A stretch of 64,000 bases of DNA, from positions 1,597 through 65,596 of the forward strand of contig CANJVG010000005.1 of NCBI GenBank assembly GCA_947478005.1. Direction: 5' to 3'. Within the stretch, counting starts at the first letter, position 1, and the number at the start of each line of letters is the position of its first letter. The DNA comes from Bacteroidota bacterium. GTDB lineage: Bacteria; Bacteroidota; Bacteroidia; Chitinophagales; LD1. Position numbers and translations under genes: made by a program. Shown one piece after another: positions 56,001 through 64,000 of the stretch. The notes beneath the pieces were generated by a model, which ran no database searches, was not told the DNA's origin, and saw only the letters and a program-made list of their open reading frames with translations.

Positions 56001-57620
56001 GGCGATACCAGCACCGAGCGCAACCCTTTGCATGTTTATTTCATGCCCGGTGATTACGATGTGGCTTTAGTGGCTTGGGATTCTTCAGGCTGTCGCGATT
56101 CTATTATGTATATTGATTTAATTCGTGTACGCGGCCCGCTTGGACATTTTACTGCTTCCACCGATAGCGGTTGTGTTCCCCTTACTATTACTATTACCGG
56201 TACATTAGGCAGCAGCGTGGCCAGTTCACTATCAGATTTGGGTGATGGTACTGCGTTTTTAGATTCAATTAATCTTAGCCATACTTACACCAATGTGGGT
56301 ACTTATTACCCGATTTATACGCTTACCGATAGTTTGGCCTGTACCGTATCCTATGCTATTGATACACTTGTAGTTGGCTTAATTCCATATCCAAATTTGT
56401 CTGCGGATACAACAGTTTGCAAAGGAAATTATGTTCAGTTCAGTTTGCCTTATGGCGATCATTTCGATTGGCAATCTAATCTTTCACCAAACCATTTAAG
56501 TTGCACTGATTGTGCGAGCCCAGTTTCTTCAGCACCCGATACCATTACCTATTATGTAACTGCTTCCACTGATTTTGGCTGCATGGCCAAAGACACTATC
56601 GTGGTGAATGTTGATGCCTTGCCTCATATATTTCCGGGTCTTAATTTCCGTATATGTCATGGCGACACTTTGCAGCTGAATGCCGGAGATAATGTGAATG
56701 CAGCTCAATGGTCACCGAATCTGTTTATCAGCGATTCCAATTCAGTAAGACCTTTGGTATGGCCACCCGATTCACAGGTTTACCGGGTGCTTGGGGCAAA
56801 TTCTACAGGGTGCTCTATTTCCCGTATTGTAAAGGTGTGGATGATAAACAAGGTGGAGATGGACTTAACGCTGGCGGATACCTTGGTGTGTGATGGAGGC
56901 GATATACAGTTGAAGGTAAATGTGCGGGAAGCGTCTTTTAACGATACGAGCTTTAGCTGGTCTCCGGGAACGTATCTTAACTCAACCATGATTCCTAATC
57001 CACTGGTGAGTGCTCCAGTAGGTGATTATACCTTTCAGGTAATAGTAAGTAGTTCTACCTGTGTGGCGGATACAGGTACTGTTCATGTGAATATTGCGCC
57101 AAAGCCTGTTATTGAAGCCGGAGATGACCAAACGGTTACGGATGGTACTACTATTCAACTGTATGTTGCTTCTCCTGACCGGGTTACTTATCAGTGGTTG
57201 CCGGTGGATGATATGACCTGCACCACCTGTCGCAGACCATTTGTTACGGTTACCCAGGATCAACGGATTCCGGTGATTGCTACCAACCAATACGGCTGTA
57301 AGGATTCGGCTTTTGTAAATATCAGAATGGTGGCCTGCGACCCTTCGATGATTTTTGTACCGAATACTTTTACGCCTAATAATGATGGTTTGAACGATAT
57401 CCTTTATGTGCGCGGTATTGGTTTACGCTCTTTAGAATATTTCCGGGTGTTTGACCGTTGGGGAAAGATGGTGTATGAAACCAAAAACATCAGCGAAGGC
57501 TGGGATGGGAAAATGAACGGCAAAGATGCTGAATTGGCTACTTATGTTTACCTGGCCAAAGGAACTTGTTCCAGCGGACACAGCATAGAGAAATCGGGCA
57601 ATGTGACCCTGGTACGCTAA
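53097..57620 (+). CDS. PKD-repeat surface protein with a T9SS type-B (gliding-motility-associated) C-terminal sorting domain
   Basis: GTG start and a signal peptide. About 12 PKD-like units have the W(D/E)FGDGxxSxxxNPxHxY core. The C-terminus is [22 protein letters not shown]...[10 protein letters not shown]...GWDGKMNGK. Confidence 0.9.
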   Translation: MKGKVTAVFLLFAILSFRLSAQVQSHITASVVYGCPPLVVTFQDASTGNPTSYFWDFGGSGTSTLPVPTATFANSGIFNVIHIVSDGATSDTSYVQIKVFVMPTVNFSAPDRHGCIFPCHTVNFTNQTIPGESPVVDYVWDFGDGTLPVHGFNTQHCYNAIGSYDVTLVALDSNTCQPSLIQSNYVVIGNHPTSGISTPDTVSCTSPLITQFSGTGSSTNGSVTYSWYFGNGSTSALQNPIQVYQDGIYDPILIVSDTLGCQDTSYAHISVTDVKAGFSSSVTNACNGIPVQFTDTSNFATSWDWNFGDGSPHSTQQNPSHIYSANGTYSVSLVAVFNSCPSDTFVALNYINVTTPATFTLSADDTSNCSMPFTVNFTSNAAGGSAYDWDFGDGSSSTSASPVHTYTNNGTYTVTLDVANANGCVASQALSSHVSIGVLNAGFKTDSSGGCTPLSVQFTDTSSSNVPITSYNWDFGDGSFSTLKNPLHVYNTSGIYLPTLIIQNADGCTDTIQLADSIKVGQSILPTFIAAPLVQCVNQLVAFTDLTPNVPPGAIYTWEFGDGQISHLVNPDHFYSDTGYYDITLSIKNQGCRGDTVKLRYVLIVVPKADFYFDFDCANPTNVAFHDTSQGAQTWLWEFGDGTTSTLQNPSHSYASQNVYTVTLIVTNSTTGCVDSTNKDLPIGTPGAGFGSDTTNGCFPLTIHFADSSSFATTWLWKFGDGSSSSLQNPIHTYTDTGRFTVKLIVNPGKPCSDSTVRLNYITAYGIKGFASATPFYGCIPMNVTFRDSSKSFLGTINSWKWSFGTGDSSLVQNPSYIYTTVGNFGAKLVVTDNHGCKATLARPIGTIDVNAIFTSDTAVCPGESVQFSNLSTSSNIFNWDFGDGVTSILNKPVHAYANSGVYTIRLIARNSSYGCPDTLVAPNFMVVDTPIADFTVASNFAPCPPFPVQFTNTTNRFDLQWLWYFGDGDTSTERNPLHVYFMPGDYDVALVAWDSSGCRDSIMYIDLIRVRGPLGHFTASTDSGCVPLTITITGTLGSSVASSLSDLGDGTAFLDSINLSHTYTNVGTYYPIYTLTDSLACTVSYAIDTLVVGLIPYPNLSADTTVCKGNYVQFSLPYGDHFDWQSNLSPNHLSCTDCASPVSSAPDTITYYVTASTDFGCMAKDTIVVNVDALPHIFPGLNFRICHGDTLQLNAGDNVNAAQWSPNLFISDSNSVRPLVWPPDSQVYRVLGANSTGCSISRIVKVWMINKVEMDLTLADTLVCDGGDIQLKVNVREASFNDTSFSWSPGTYLNSTMIPNPLVSAPVGDYTFQVIVSSSTCVADTGTVHVNIAPKPVIEAGDDQTVTDGTTIQLYVASPDRVTYQWLPVDDMTCTTCRRPFVTVTQDQRIPVIATNQYGCKDSAFVNIRMVACDPSMIFVPNTFTPNNDGLNDILYVRGIGLRSLEYFRVFDRWGKMVYETKNISEGWDGKMNGKDAELATYVYLAKGTCSSGHSIEKSGNVTLVR

Positions 57621-57639
57621 ATCATTTGAGTTCCTATTC

Positions 57640-58746
57640 CTAAAAATCAGAAGCCATTTCGAGTGTATCTCGAAGACCTAACGTTTGGAGCAAACGGGCA
57701 TGTGATGCAATGGCAGAACTAAAGGTATTGTTCTTGATATAAGGGATGCCGTATTCTTTGGCTGTCTTTTCGACAATAGGCGCAATGGCAGGATAATGCA
57801 CATGGCATATCCGTTGGAAAAGATGGTGTTCGATCTGGTAGTTCAACCCACCAACATAAAAGGTAAGCAGTTTGTTCTTGGGAGCAAAATCGGCTGTTGT
57901 TTGCATTTGATGAATGGCCCATTCGGCATCAATCGCTCCATTTACCGGTTCAGGATATTCGGTTCCTTCCACCACATGGGCTAATTGAAAGATAGTCGTG
58001 AGCACCAGGCCGCCAACGGCATGAATAGTCATAAAACCAATCAGCAATTGCCACCAGGCTAAGTGCAATACGATGGCAGGGATAACTAAGATGTAGGTAA
58101 AGTAAATGAGCTTGAACAAAATGATATTTAGCAAGCGAATGGTCTTCTCTTTCTTGTTGTTGGCCGAAGAGTAGAACTGCAGATACAAATCATACTGCAT
58201 GAAGTCTTTCGCTACTACCCAAAAAAAAGTTTGCAGACTGTAGAGCACAAAGGCGTAGAACACCTGAAAACGGTGCATATGGTTTCTCTTCACAGCAGGT
58301 GTCAGTCGAAGATTCATACGCGGACGAATGTCCTGATCGAAGCCGTGAATGTTGGTGTAAGTATGATGCAATTGGTTATGCTGTATTTTCCAGTTGAAGT
58401 TATCACCGCCTATGATGTTCAGCGAATAGCCCATTACCTGATTCAGCCAGCTTTTGTTGGAATAGGCTCCATGATTGGCATCATGCATTACGCTCATACC
58501 TATGCCGGCTAAACCCAATCCCATCACTACCGTGCCAAGCCACATAGCCCAGAGTGGGAGTGAACCCGATATAATTAAAGTGTATGGAACAAAATAAAGC
58601 GTGAACATGACCAGGGTCTTGAACACCATTCGGTAATCACCATTTTTTGAAATTCCTTTATCTATAAAGTATTGGTCCACCCGTTGTGTAACTACTTTGT
58701 GAAAGTCAGTTTTCTTTTTGTTCGTGAACTTGAGGGTAGCAGACAT
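57640..58746 (-). CDS. membrane fatty acid desaturase (front-end / acyl-lipid type)
   Basis: Histidine boxes HDANHGAYS, HNQLHHTYTN and QIEHHLF. Confidence 0.85.
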   Translation of the reverse strand: MSATLKFTNKKKTDFHKVVTQRVDQYFIDKGISKNGDYRMVFKTLVMFTLYFVPYTLIISGSLPLWAMWLGTVVMGLGLAGIGMSVMHDANHGAYSNKSWLNQVMGYSLNIIGGDNFNWKIQHNQLHHTYTNIHGFDQDIRPRMNLRLTPAVKRNHMHRFQVFYAFVLYSLQTFFWVVAKDFMQYDLYLQFYSSANNKKEKTIRLLNIILFKLIYFTYILVIPAIVLHLAWWQLLIGFMTIHAVGGLVLTTIFQLAHVVEGTEYPEPVNGAIDAEWAIHQMQTTADFAPKNKLLTFYVGGLNYQIEHHLFQRICHVHYPAIAPIVEKTAKEYGIPYIKNNTFSSAIASHARLLQTLGLRDTLEMASDF

Positions 58747-58909
58747 TTAGATAATTATGCTGTGAAGATATTGTTTTCGGTTCACGGTTTGAAGTTTGCT
58801 GCCAGTCGTTTATGGTTAATTGGCTATTGTAAATAAGAACAGGTGCAAAAGAAGAGTTCTTGCAACTACGTTTCATTGCTGTGGTAAACAGTTAAGAGGC
58901 TCGTGATAA

Positions 58910-59884
58910 TTAAACCGTAGAACGCAAACTTTCTTCAATAGAAATCTCAAACAAGCGCTCTAACGAAATCCCCATGGCACGTGCCTGTTGCGGCACTATG
59001 CTTTCTTCGCTGAGGCCCGGTATGGAGTTTACTTCGAGCATATAATAGTCATTGCCTTTGATAATGTAATCAATGCGGCACATGCCTTTGAAATCAAGTT
59101 TCTTGTAGATGAAGGCGGAGGTCTGCTGAATCTTTTTGTAAATCACTGCATCTATTTCTGCCGGTGTTACTTCTTTCGAATCGCCTTCATACTTGGCTTT
59201 GTAATCGAAGAACTCACCTTTGCTTCTTATCTCTGTAATCGGCAAGGCAGTTATTTGTCCATCAATGGTTATTACTCCACAGGTAACTTCAGTTCCCTGA
59301 ATAAATTCTTCCACCAGTATTTCATCATCAAACTTAAATGCGTTTTCAATGGCAGGCAATAAATCTTCTTGTTTCGAAACTTTCGAGGCACCATAGCTCG
59401 AACCATTTTTGTTTGGTTTCACAAACACAGGCAAGGCGATGTCCGCATTCGGAATCGTGAACTTTGATTTGTAAAGCAATTCGGCATTCGCGGTTTTTAT
59501 GCCAAACGGAGCGAGGTATTCTTTACAACGTAGTTTGTCGAAGGTTAATGCGGCCTGCAATATTCCACAAGCGTTGTAAGGTATCTTCAACAGGTCGAAG
59601 TAGCCTTGCAGTTTGCCATCCTCGGCCGGTGTGCCGTGCAAAGCCATGAACACTGCATCGAAACTTATCTTGTGTCCTTCGATAGTGAAAGTGAAATCGT
59701 TTTTATCTATGAATAGTTTCACCGGATTATTGCGCTCTACTACCCAGTCGTTGCCTTCTATCACCACTTTGAACACATTGTATTTGTCCTTGTTCAGGTG
59801 TTTGCAAACCACATCGGCACTCTTCAGTGATATTCCTCTTTCGCTGGCTTCGCCTCCGGTTATTACGGCAATGTTCTTTTTCAT
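58910..59884 (-). CDS. ddl: D-alanine--D-alanine ligase
   Basis: VITGGEASERGISLKSA..., FMALHGTPAEDGKLQG, FVKPNKNGSSYGASKV and LEVNSIPGLSEESI. Confidence 0.9.
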   Translation of the reverse strand: MKKNIAVITGGEASERGISLKSADVVCKHLNKDKYNVFKVVIEGNDWVVERNNPVKLFIDKNDFTFTIEGHKISFDAVFMALHGTPAEDGKLQGYFDLLKIPYNACGILQAALTFDKLRCKEYLAPFGIKTANAELLYKSKFTIPNADIALPVFVKPNKNGSSYGASKVSKQEDLLPAIENAFKFDDEILVEEFIQGTEVTCGVITIDGQITALPITEIRSKGEFFDYKAKYEGDSKEVTPAEIDAVIYKKIQQTSAFIYKKLDFKGMCRIDYIIKGNDYYMLEVNSIPGLSEESIVPQQARAMGISLERLFEISIEESLRSTV

Positions 59885-60030
59885 TTGGTAGTTTCTAAAC
59901 GCTAAAGACTCACTTTATTTTATCTGCTGAAAGCATTTCTTTTCAACAAACCGAAGAAATGTATTTTCCTTGCATCGAAATTTAGACAAACCCTTCTGAA
60001 TTGCCCTTGAAGGGCAGACCTCGAAATACA

Positions 60031-61038
60031 ATGAACAAAACAATAGACCATTTAGCCGACTTAGGCAAACGACTCAGTGCTTCTGAGGAAATGAAAGAAG
60101 CGATTGCAAGAGCTGCGAATAAGAACCCGTGGTTTGATGAGCGCTTTGTGCAGTATGCGGTGGATGCAGTGGTGCATGAAATGCTGAATGCGCAACAACT
60201 GAACGAATGGCTCAGCCGCTACCAATTAAAACCAGTGGACAAAACCATCGGGTTGATTTTTGCAGGCAACCTTCCGCTGGTAGGTTTCCACGATTTTCTG
60301 TGTTGCTATGTGGCTGGATGCCGGATGAAAATCAAACTTTCATCCAAAGACGATGAGCTGTTTTTACTCGTGCTGAAAACGCTGCAGGAGATTGACCCAT
60401 CGTTGCAATCAAAAGTAGAACTGGTAGACAGGCTGAAGGATTTTGATGCGGTGATAGCTACCGGCAGCAACAACACGCACCGGTATTTCGAGTATTACTT
60501 CCGCGATTACCCAAAGGTGCTGCGCAAGAACCGAAACTCGGTGGCGATACTGAGCGGAGAGGAAACTCCGGAGCAATTGGAGCAGTTGGCCGATGATATA
60601 TTTCTGTATTTCGGTTTCGGCTGCCGCAATGTGTCGAAGTTGTATGTGCCGGTGGATTATGATTTTGCGCGCCTGTTTCCGCATTTCGAAAAATATAAGT
60701 GGCTGCATCAGCACACCAAGTATATGAACAACTATGATTACAACCGCACCCTGCTGTTGCTCAATAACACGCCTCACCTTTCGAATGATTTTGTGATGAT
60801 TACTGAGAATGCCTCGATTCCTTCGCCTGTGTCGGTGCTGTATTACGAACACTGGCACGATGAGCGGATATTGCAAACCCAGCTAAAACTGAACGAGGAG
60901 AAAATACAGTGCGTGGTTTCCCAAAAACCCGAACAATGGAAGCTTCCATCTTCGGTTGCTTTCGGTCAATCGCAGCATCCCGCCTTATGGGATTATGCCG
61001 ATGGGGTGGATACAGTGAGTTTTTTGTTGGGGCTTTGA
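60031..61038 (+). CDS. acyl-CoA reductase (LuxC-like) family protein
   Basis: NPWFDERFVQYAV...WLSRY...IGLIFAGNLPLVGFHDFLCC...KLSSKDDEL matches the ~340 aa Bacteroidetes LuxC-like family. ATG at 60031 is preferred over the TTG at 60001. Confidence 0.7.
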   Translation: MNKTIDHLADLGKRLSASEEMKEAIARAANKNPWFDERFVQYAVDAVVHEMLNAQQLNEWLSRYQLKPVDKTIGLIFAGNLPLVGFHDFLCCYVAGCRMKIKLSSKDDELFLLVLKTLQEIDPSLQSKVELVDRLKDFDAVIATGSNNTHRYFEYYFRDYPKVLRKNRNSVAILSGEETPEQLEQLADDIFLYFGFGCRNVSKLYVPVDYDFARLFPHFEKYKWLHQHTKYMNNYDYNRTLLLLNNTPHLSNDFVMITENASIPSPVSVLYYEHWHDERILQTQLKLNEEKIQCVVSQKPEQWKLPSSVAFGQSQHPALWDYADGVDTVSFLLGL

Positions 61039-61090
61039 GAGAAAGGTAGAAGGAAGGTAATTGGGAGAAAATTAAGGTTGATTGAGAAAA

Positions 61091-61393
61091 ATCTACCGTT
61101 AAGTAGCCGCGACTTTACGGTAGGAGTAAAAGACTTAACGGTAGGGCTCATGGACTTACCCTTAAGTGCCAGACACTTTCCGTTAAGTGCAAAAAGGTTT
61201 CTGGCATCTGTGAAGCACTTACCGTTAGGTTGGAAGCACTTGCCGTTAAGTGTAAAGGACTTTCCGGTAGGTTTCGAAGACTTACTGTAAACCGGACGCT
61301 GCTTTCCGTTAAGTGAGAAAGACTTACTGTAAAGTGTAGGCAGGTTTCCAGTAAGTGCGCAATACTTTCCGTTAAGTGCAGCGAACTTAATAC
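61091..61393. repeat. about 14 tandem 21-bp units, consensus ACTTACCGTTAAGTGnnnnnG, each with the inverted repeat ACTTA-N4-TAAGT
   Basis: Units start at 61091, 61112, 61133, 61154, 61175, 61196, 61217, 61238, 61259, 61280, 61302, 61322, 61343 and 61364. The array is open in frames on both strands because of the 21-nt period. Confidence 0.9.
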
Positions 61394-61740
61394 TATAAAT
61401 CAATACAAAATCATCAAAATTTGCATCAAACATACCAAAATGCAAAGGATAGATGTTGTAAGGAAAGATAAGGAGGCTGAAAGGAGATAGTTGGTTAAAT
61501 AGTTTGCTGGACTTACTTTATTATTCCCAGGTTCTCCAATTATCTGCCCGTCATGCAGGCTCGCGAACCTTCTCCGTTCTGCCCAAATAACTTTACATCT
61601 CGGCATTTTTAGGGTGAACAACAGGCGTGTTAACCGACCCTAAGTTATTATCTTTACACCGTTAATTTTTACCAAGATACGCCACAGCACAATATTAAAG
61701 GTGTCGAAAACGTTATTTTGGCAACCATAACCCTTAGCCC

Positions 61741-63330
61741 GTGAAAACTAAACTATTCAGGACTATCGCAGTTTCTCTGATTGCAATGTCGCTCTCATCA
61801 TCTGCCTTTAGTCAGCCTTACTTTGCAGATGCCACCGGATTGACCTGTGTTGACCCTGTTATCTGCCAGCTCGACAGCATGTCGTTTTCGCTCTTCACCC
61901 GCGATAAATTCTTCGTACGCGATGAAGAAGTGTTGGCCAGCATCAATATGCCTTTTAATCTCATCCCTAAATACTCCGAAGACGAGGTAAAGGAAAAGAT
62001 GAAACTGATTCCGTCCATGGTACCCTTGACCTACAATGCTCAGGTGAAACAGTTTATTGACCTGTTTGTTTACAAACGCAGAGGCTTAATGTCGCGCTGC
62101 CTCGCCAACGCGCAGATTTACTTTCCGGTGTTTGAAGAAGTGTTGGATAAGAAAGGTGTTCCGCTGGAGTTCAAATACCTTCCCATTATTGAATCGGCTT
62201 TCAATCCAGTGGCAGTTTCGCGCGCAGGAGCCACGGGTTTGTGGCAACTGATGTATGGCACGGGTGCCCAAATGGGGTTGAACATCAACTCTTACATTGA
62301 CGAAAGACGCGACCCGCAGAAGTCTACCGAAGCAGCCGTTGATTACCTAAAGAAACTCTATGCTATCTATGGCGATTGGCATCTGGTGCTGGCGGCTTAC
62401 AACTCAGGCCCCGGCAACGTGAACAAAGCCATTGCAAGAGCAGGTGGGGTGAAGAACTTCTGGGCGATTATGAATTACCTGCCGGCCGAAACCCGAAGCT
62501 ATGTGCCTACCTACATTGCCATGGTGTATGCCATGAACTATTTTCAGGATTACAAAATGGCTTCCTCTGAACCTAAGCGCGAACTATATGCGGTAGATAC
62601 CGTGATGGTTAGTTCCAAGGTTAGTCTAAAGCATATTTCCGATGTGTTGAGCATTCCGGTAGATGAGTTGCAGTTTCTGAATCCCTCTATCAAAACAGGT
62701 ATCATTCCATATACCATGAAGGGGTTTCCATTGAATCTGCCTATCAATTACTTCGCTTTGTATGAAGCCAGAAAGTACGAGATATTGAATGACAGTTCGC
62801 AGTATGTCCGCAACTTTGAGCCAGTGGCTTCAGGTGCGCCACGAACACAATATTATAAGGTAAAGAAGAACGAGACACTGCAAAAAGTGGCAGAGAAGTA
62901 TGGTGTCAGTGCCAGTGCTATCAAAAAGTGGAACCATCTGAAGAGCGCAAATATCTATGCCGGACTAAAGCTTAAAATTATCATTACACCCAATGCCACT
63001 CCGGTTTCATCTTCCTATACAAATGCCTTTGCCAATCGCATTTTAGAAAAGCCGAAGACAGATTCTGTAGTGATGCAAACAACCCAAACAGCATTGGTTG
63101 CCGATACGCTTTCTGATAGCAGCCTTGCAAAGATAGCGGCACCTTCACTCAAGCTGAATCCAAGTTGCGGATGTATTTACCACGTAGTGCAGTTTGGCGA
63201 TACACTTTGGAACATTGCCCAGCGATATCATGAACAGGGATTAACCGTTGAGAAGCTGAAGGCAGATAACAGCAAACTGCTGAGGGAGCATCCGATAAAA
63301 GTGGGTGATACCTTAAAGATATTTCTTTAA
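61741..63330 (+). CDS. lytic murein transglycosylase (MltD-like) with C-terminal LysM domains
   Basis: GTG start and a signal peptide. The SLT motif is ESAFNPVAVSRAGATGLWQLM...AYNSGPGNV. LysM units are YKVKKNETLQKVAEKYGVSASAIKKWN and HVVQFGDTLWNIAQRY. Confidence 0.85.
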   Translation: MKTKLFRTIAVSLIAMSLSSSAFSQPYFADATGLTCVDPVICQLDSMSFSLFTRDKFFVRDEEVLASINMPFNLIPKYSEDEVKEKMKLIPSMVPLTYNAQVKQFIDLFVYKRRGLMSRCLANAQIYFPVFEEVLDKKGVPLEFKYLPIIESAFNPVAVSRAGATGLWQLMYGTGAQMGLNINSYIDERRDPQKSTEAAVDYLKKLYAIYGDWHLVLAAYNSGPGNVNKAIARAGGVKNFWAIMNYLPAETRSYVPTYIAMVYAMNYFQDYKMASSEPKRELYAVDTVMVSSKVSLKHISDVLSIPVDELQFLNPSIKTGIIPYTMKGFPLNLPINYFALYEARKYEILNDSSQYVRNFEPVASGAPRTQYYKVKKNETLQKVAEKYGVSASAIKKWNHLKSANIYAGLKLKIIITPNATPVSSSYTNAFANRILEKPKTDSVVMQTTQTALVADTLSDSSLAKIAAPSLKLNPSCGCIYHVVQFGDTLWNIAQRYHEQGLTVEKLKADNSKLLREHPIKVGDTLKIFL

Positions 63331-63341
63331 GAAGAAGAAAC

Positions 63342-63359
63342 TTCCCGCTTGAACGGGAA
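63342..63359. terminator. short stem-loop between convergent genes
   Basis: TTCCCG-CTTGAA-CGGGAA, followed by AAAA. Confidence 0.45.
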
Positions 63360-63380
63360 AAAGGATGAACCGGATTTAAT

Positions 63381-63932
63381 TTACTCGGTTACCTTTCCTT
63401 TAAAGGTCCCTTGATAATCTTCCCATTTGATGGTTTTGTAGTTGTTGCTGCCTACAAAATTCAAAACAGTTTCAAAAGTCTTAGGGTCCTGATAGCCCGG
63501 AACCGGGAATATAACTTCGAGTTTTTCATTTAAGTAAACAGTCGTTGGATAGCTCATTTGTCCGTTTACTATTTCAGCAGCCAGCTCATTGTAGCCACGG
63601 GCTCCCTGCGCTATATATTTATAGTCTTTCCCTTTAAAGTTGATGACTTCCTGCGTTTCGGCATCAAACTTTACAGCATAAAAGTTCTTTCCCACATACT
63701 TTACTATCTCGGCATTGGTAAAGGTAGTGGCATCCATCCGTTTGCACCATCCGCACCATCCGGTATAGACATCCACAAACACTTTGCGAGGTTCCTTCTT
63801 CTGAGCTTCCTGCACTTCTTTCCATGTCATCCATTTGATTTCGGATGCCTCGGCAGCCGGCTTAGGGCAATGAATAAAAGAGAAAGCAATAATCGCAATG
63901 GCAATGGGCAGGGCAAACAATACTTTTTTCAT
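63381..63932 (-). CDS. thioredoxin-fold protein (DUF255/thioredoxin-like)
   Basis: Start reassigned to MKKVLFALPIAIAIIAF. The active-site-like motif is TGWCGWCKRMD. Confidence 0.7.
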   Translation of the reverse strand: MKKVLFALPIAIAIIAFSFIHCPKPAAEASEIKWMTWKEVQEAQKKEPRKVFVDVYTGWCGWCKRMDATTFTNAEIVKYVGKNFYAVKFDAETQEVINFKGKDYKYIAQGARGYNELAAEIVNGQMSYPTTVYLNEKLEVIFPVPGYQDPKTFETVLNFVGSNNYKTIKWEDYQGTFKGKVTE

Positions 63933-64000
63933 GACTTCAATTTTGATTGTAAAGGTATTCAATAATTCGGCCAAAAACTTTCCTTAACGGATTTTAATAA

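Noticed and set aside
60993-61445. ORFs of 150 aa (-) and 70 aa (+, 61078-61290) over the 21-bp array
   Set aside because: They are an artefact of an in-frame 21-nt tandem repeat, open on both strands with heptad-like nonsense peptides.

Overview
This window reads as a chromosomal segment from a Bacteroidota bacterium. The evidence is three T9SS type-A sorting tails, one type-B tail, a PorP/SprF-OmpA gene pair, a long-form YidC and a Bacteroidetes-type PurM. Most of it is housekeeping: PDH E1-beta, TrmN6, YidC, an MsbA-like ABC exporter, DAHP synthase, PurM, PhhA, Mdh, SMC, Ddl, CcsA/CcmD, MltD, two membrane desaturases and thioredoxin-fold proteins. Secreted T9SS cargo proteins are also present.

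Three visibly AT-rich accessory islets interrupt this backbone:
- 9.3-11.0 kb: a two-gene cassette with a two-TM membrane protein and a Swt1-like HEPN (RNxxAH) protein.
- 24.0-24.7 kb: a PIN-toxin mini-cassette flanked by ~125 bp direct repeats that duplicate the 3' end of a ydeI-like gene.
- 26.0-30.8 kb: a four-gene operon with overlapping or nearly abutting reading frames, ordered XRE controller, Sau3AI-like C5 methyltransferase, DUF262/DUF1524 (GmrSD-like) nuclease and Sau3AI/MutH-like endonuclease.

The third islet is my best candidate for a composite, possibly undescribed defence architecture. The HEPN cassette is second.

Long intergenic regions carry tandem arrays whose periods are all multiples of about 10.5 bp (10.5, 21, 42 bp). 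Two of them have embedded palindromes. An S8 protease carries sixteen near-identical 78-bp coding repeats. All family assignments come from motif recognition by eye; no database search was run.
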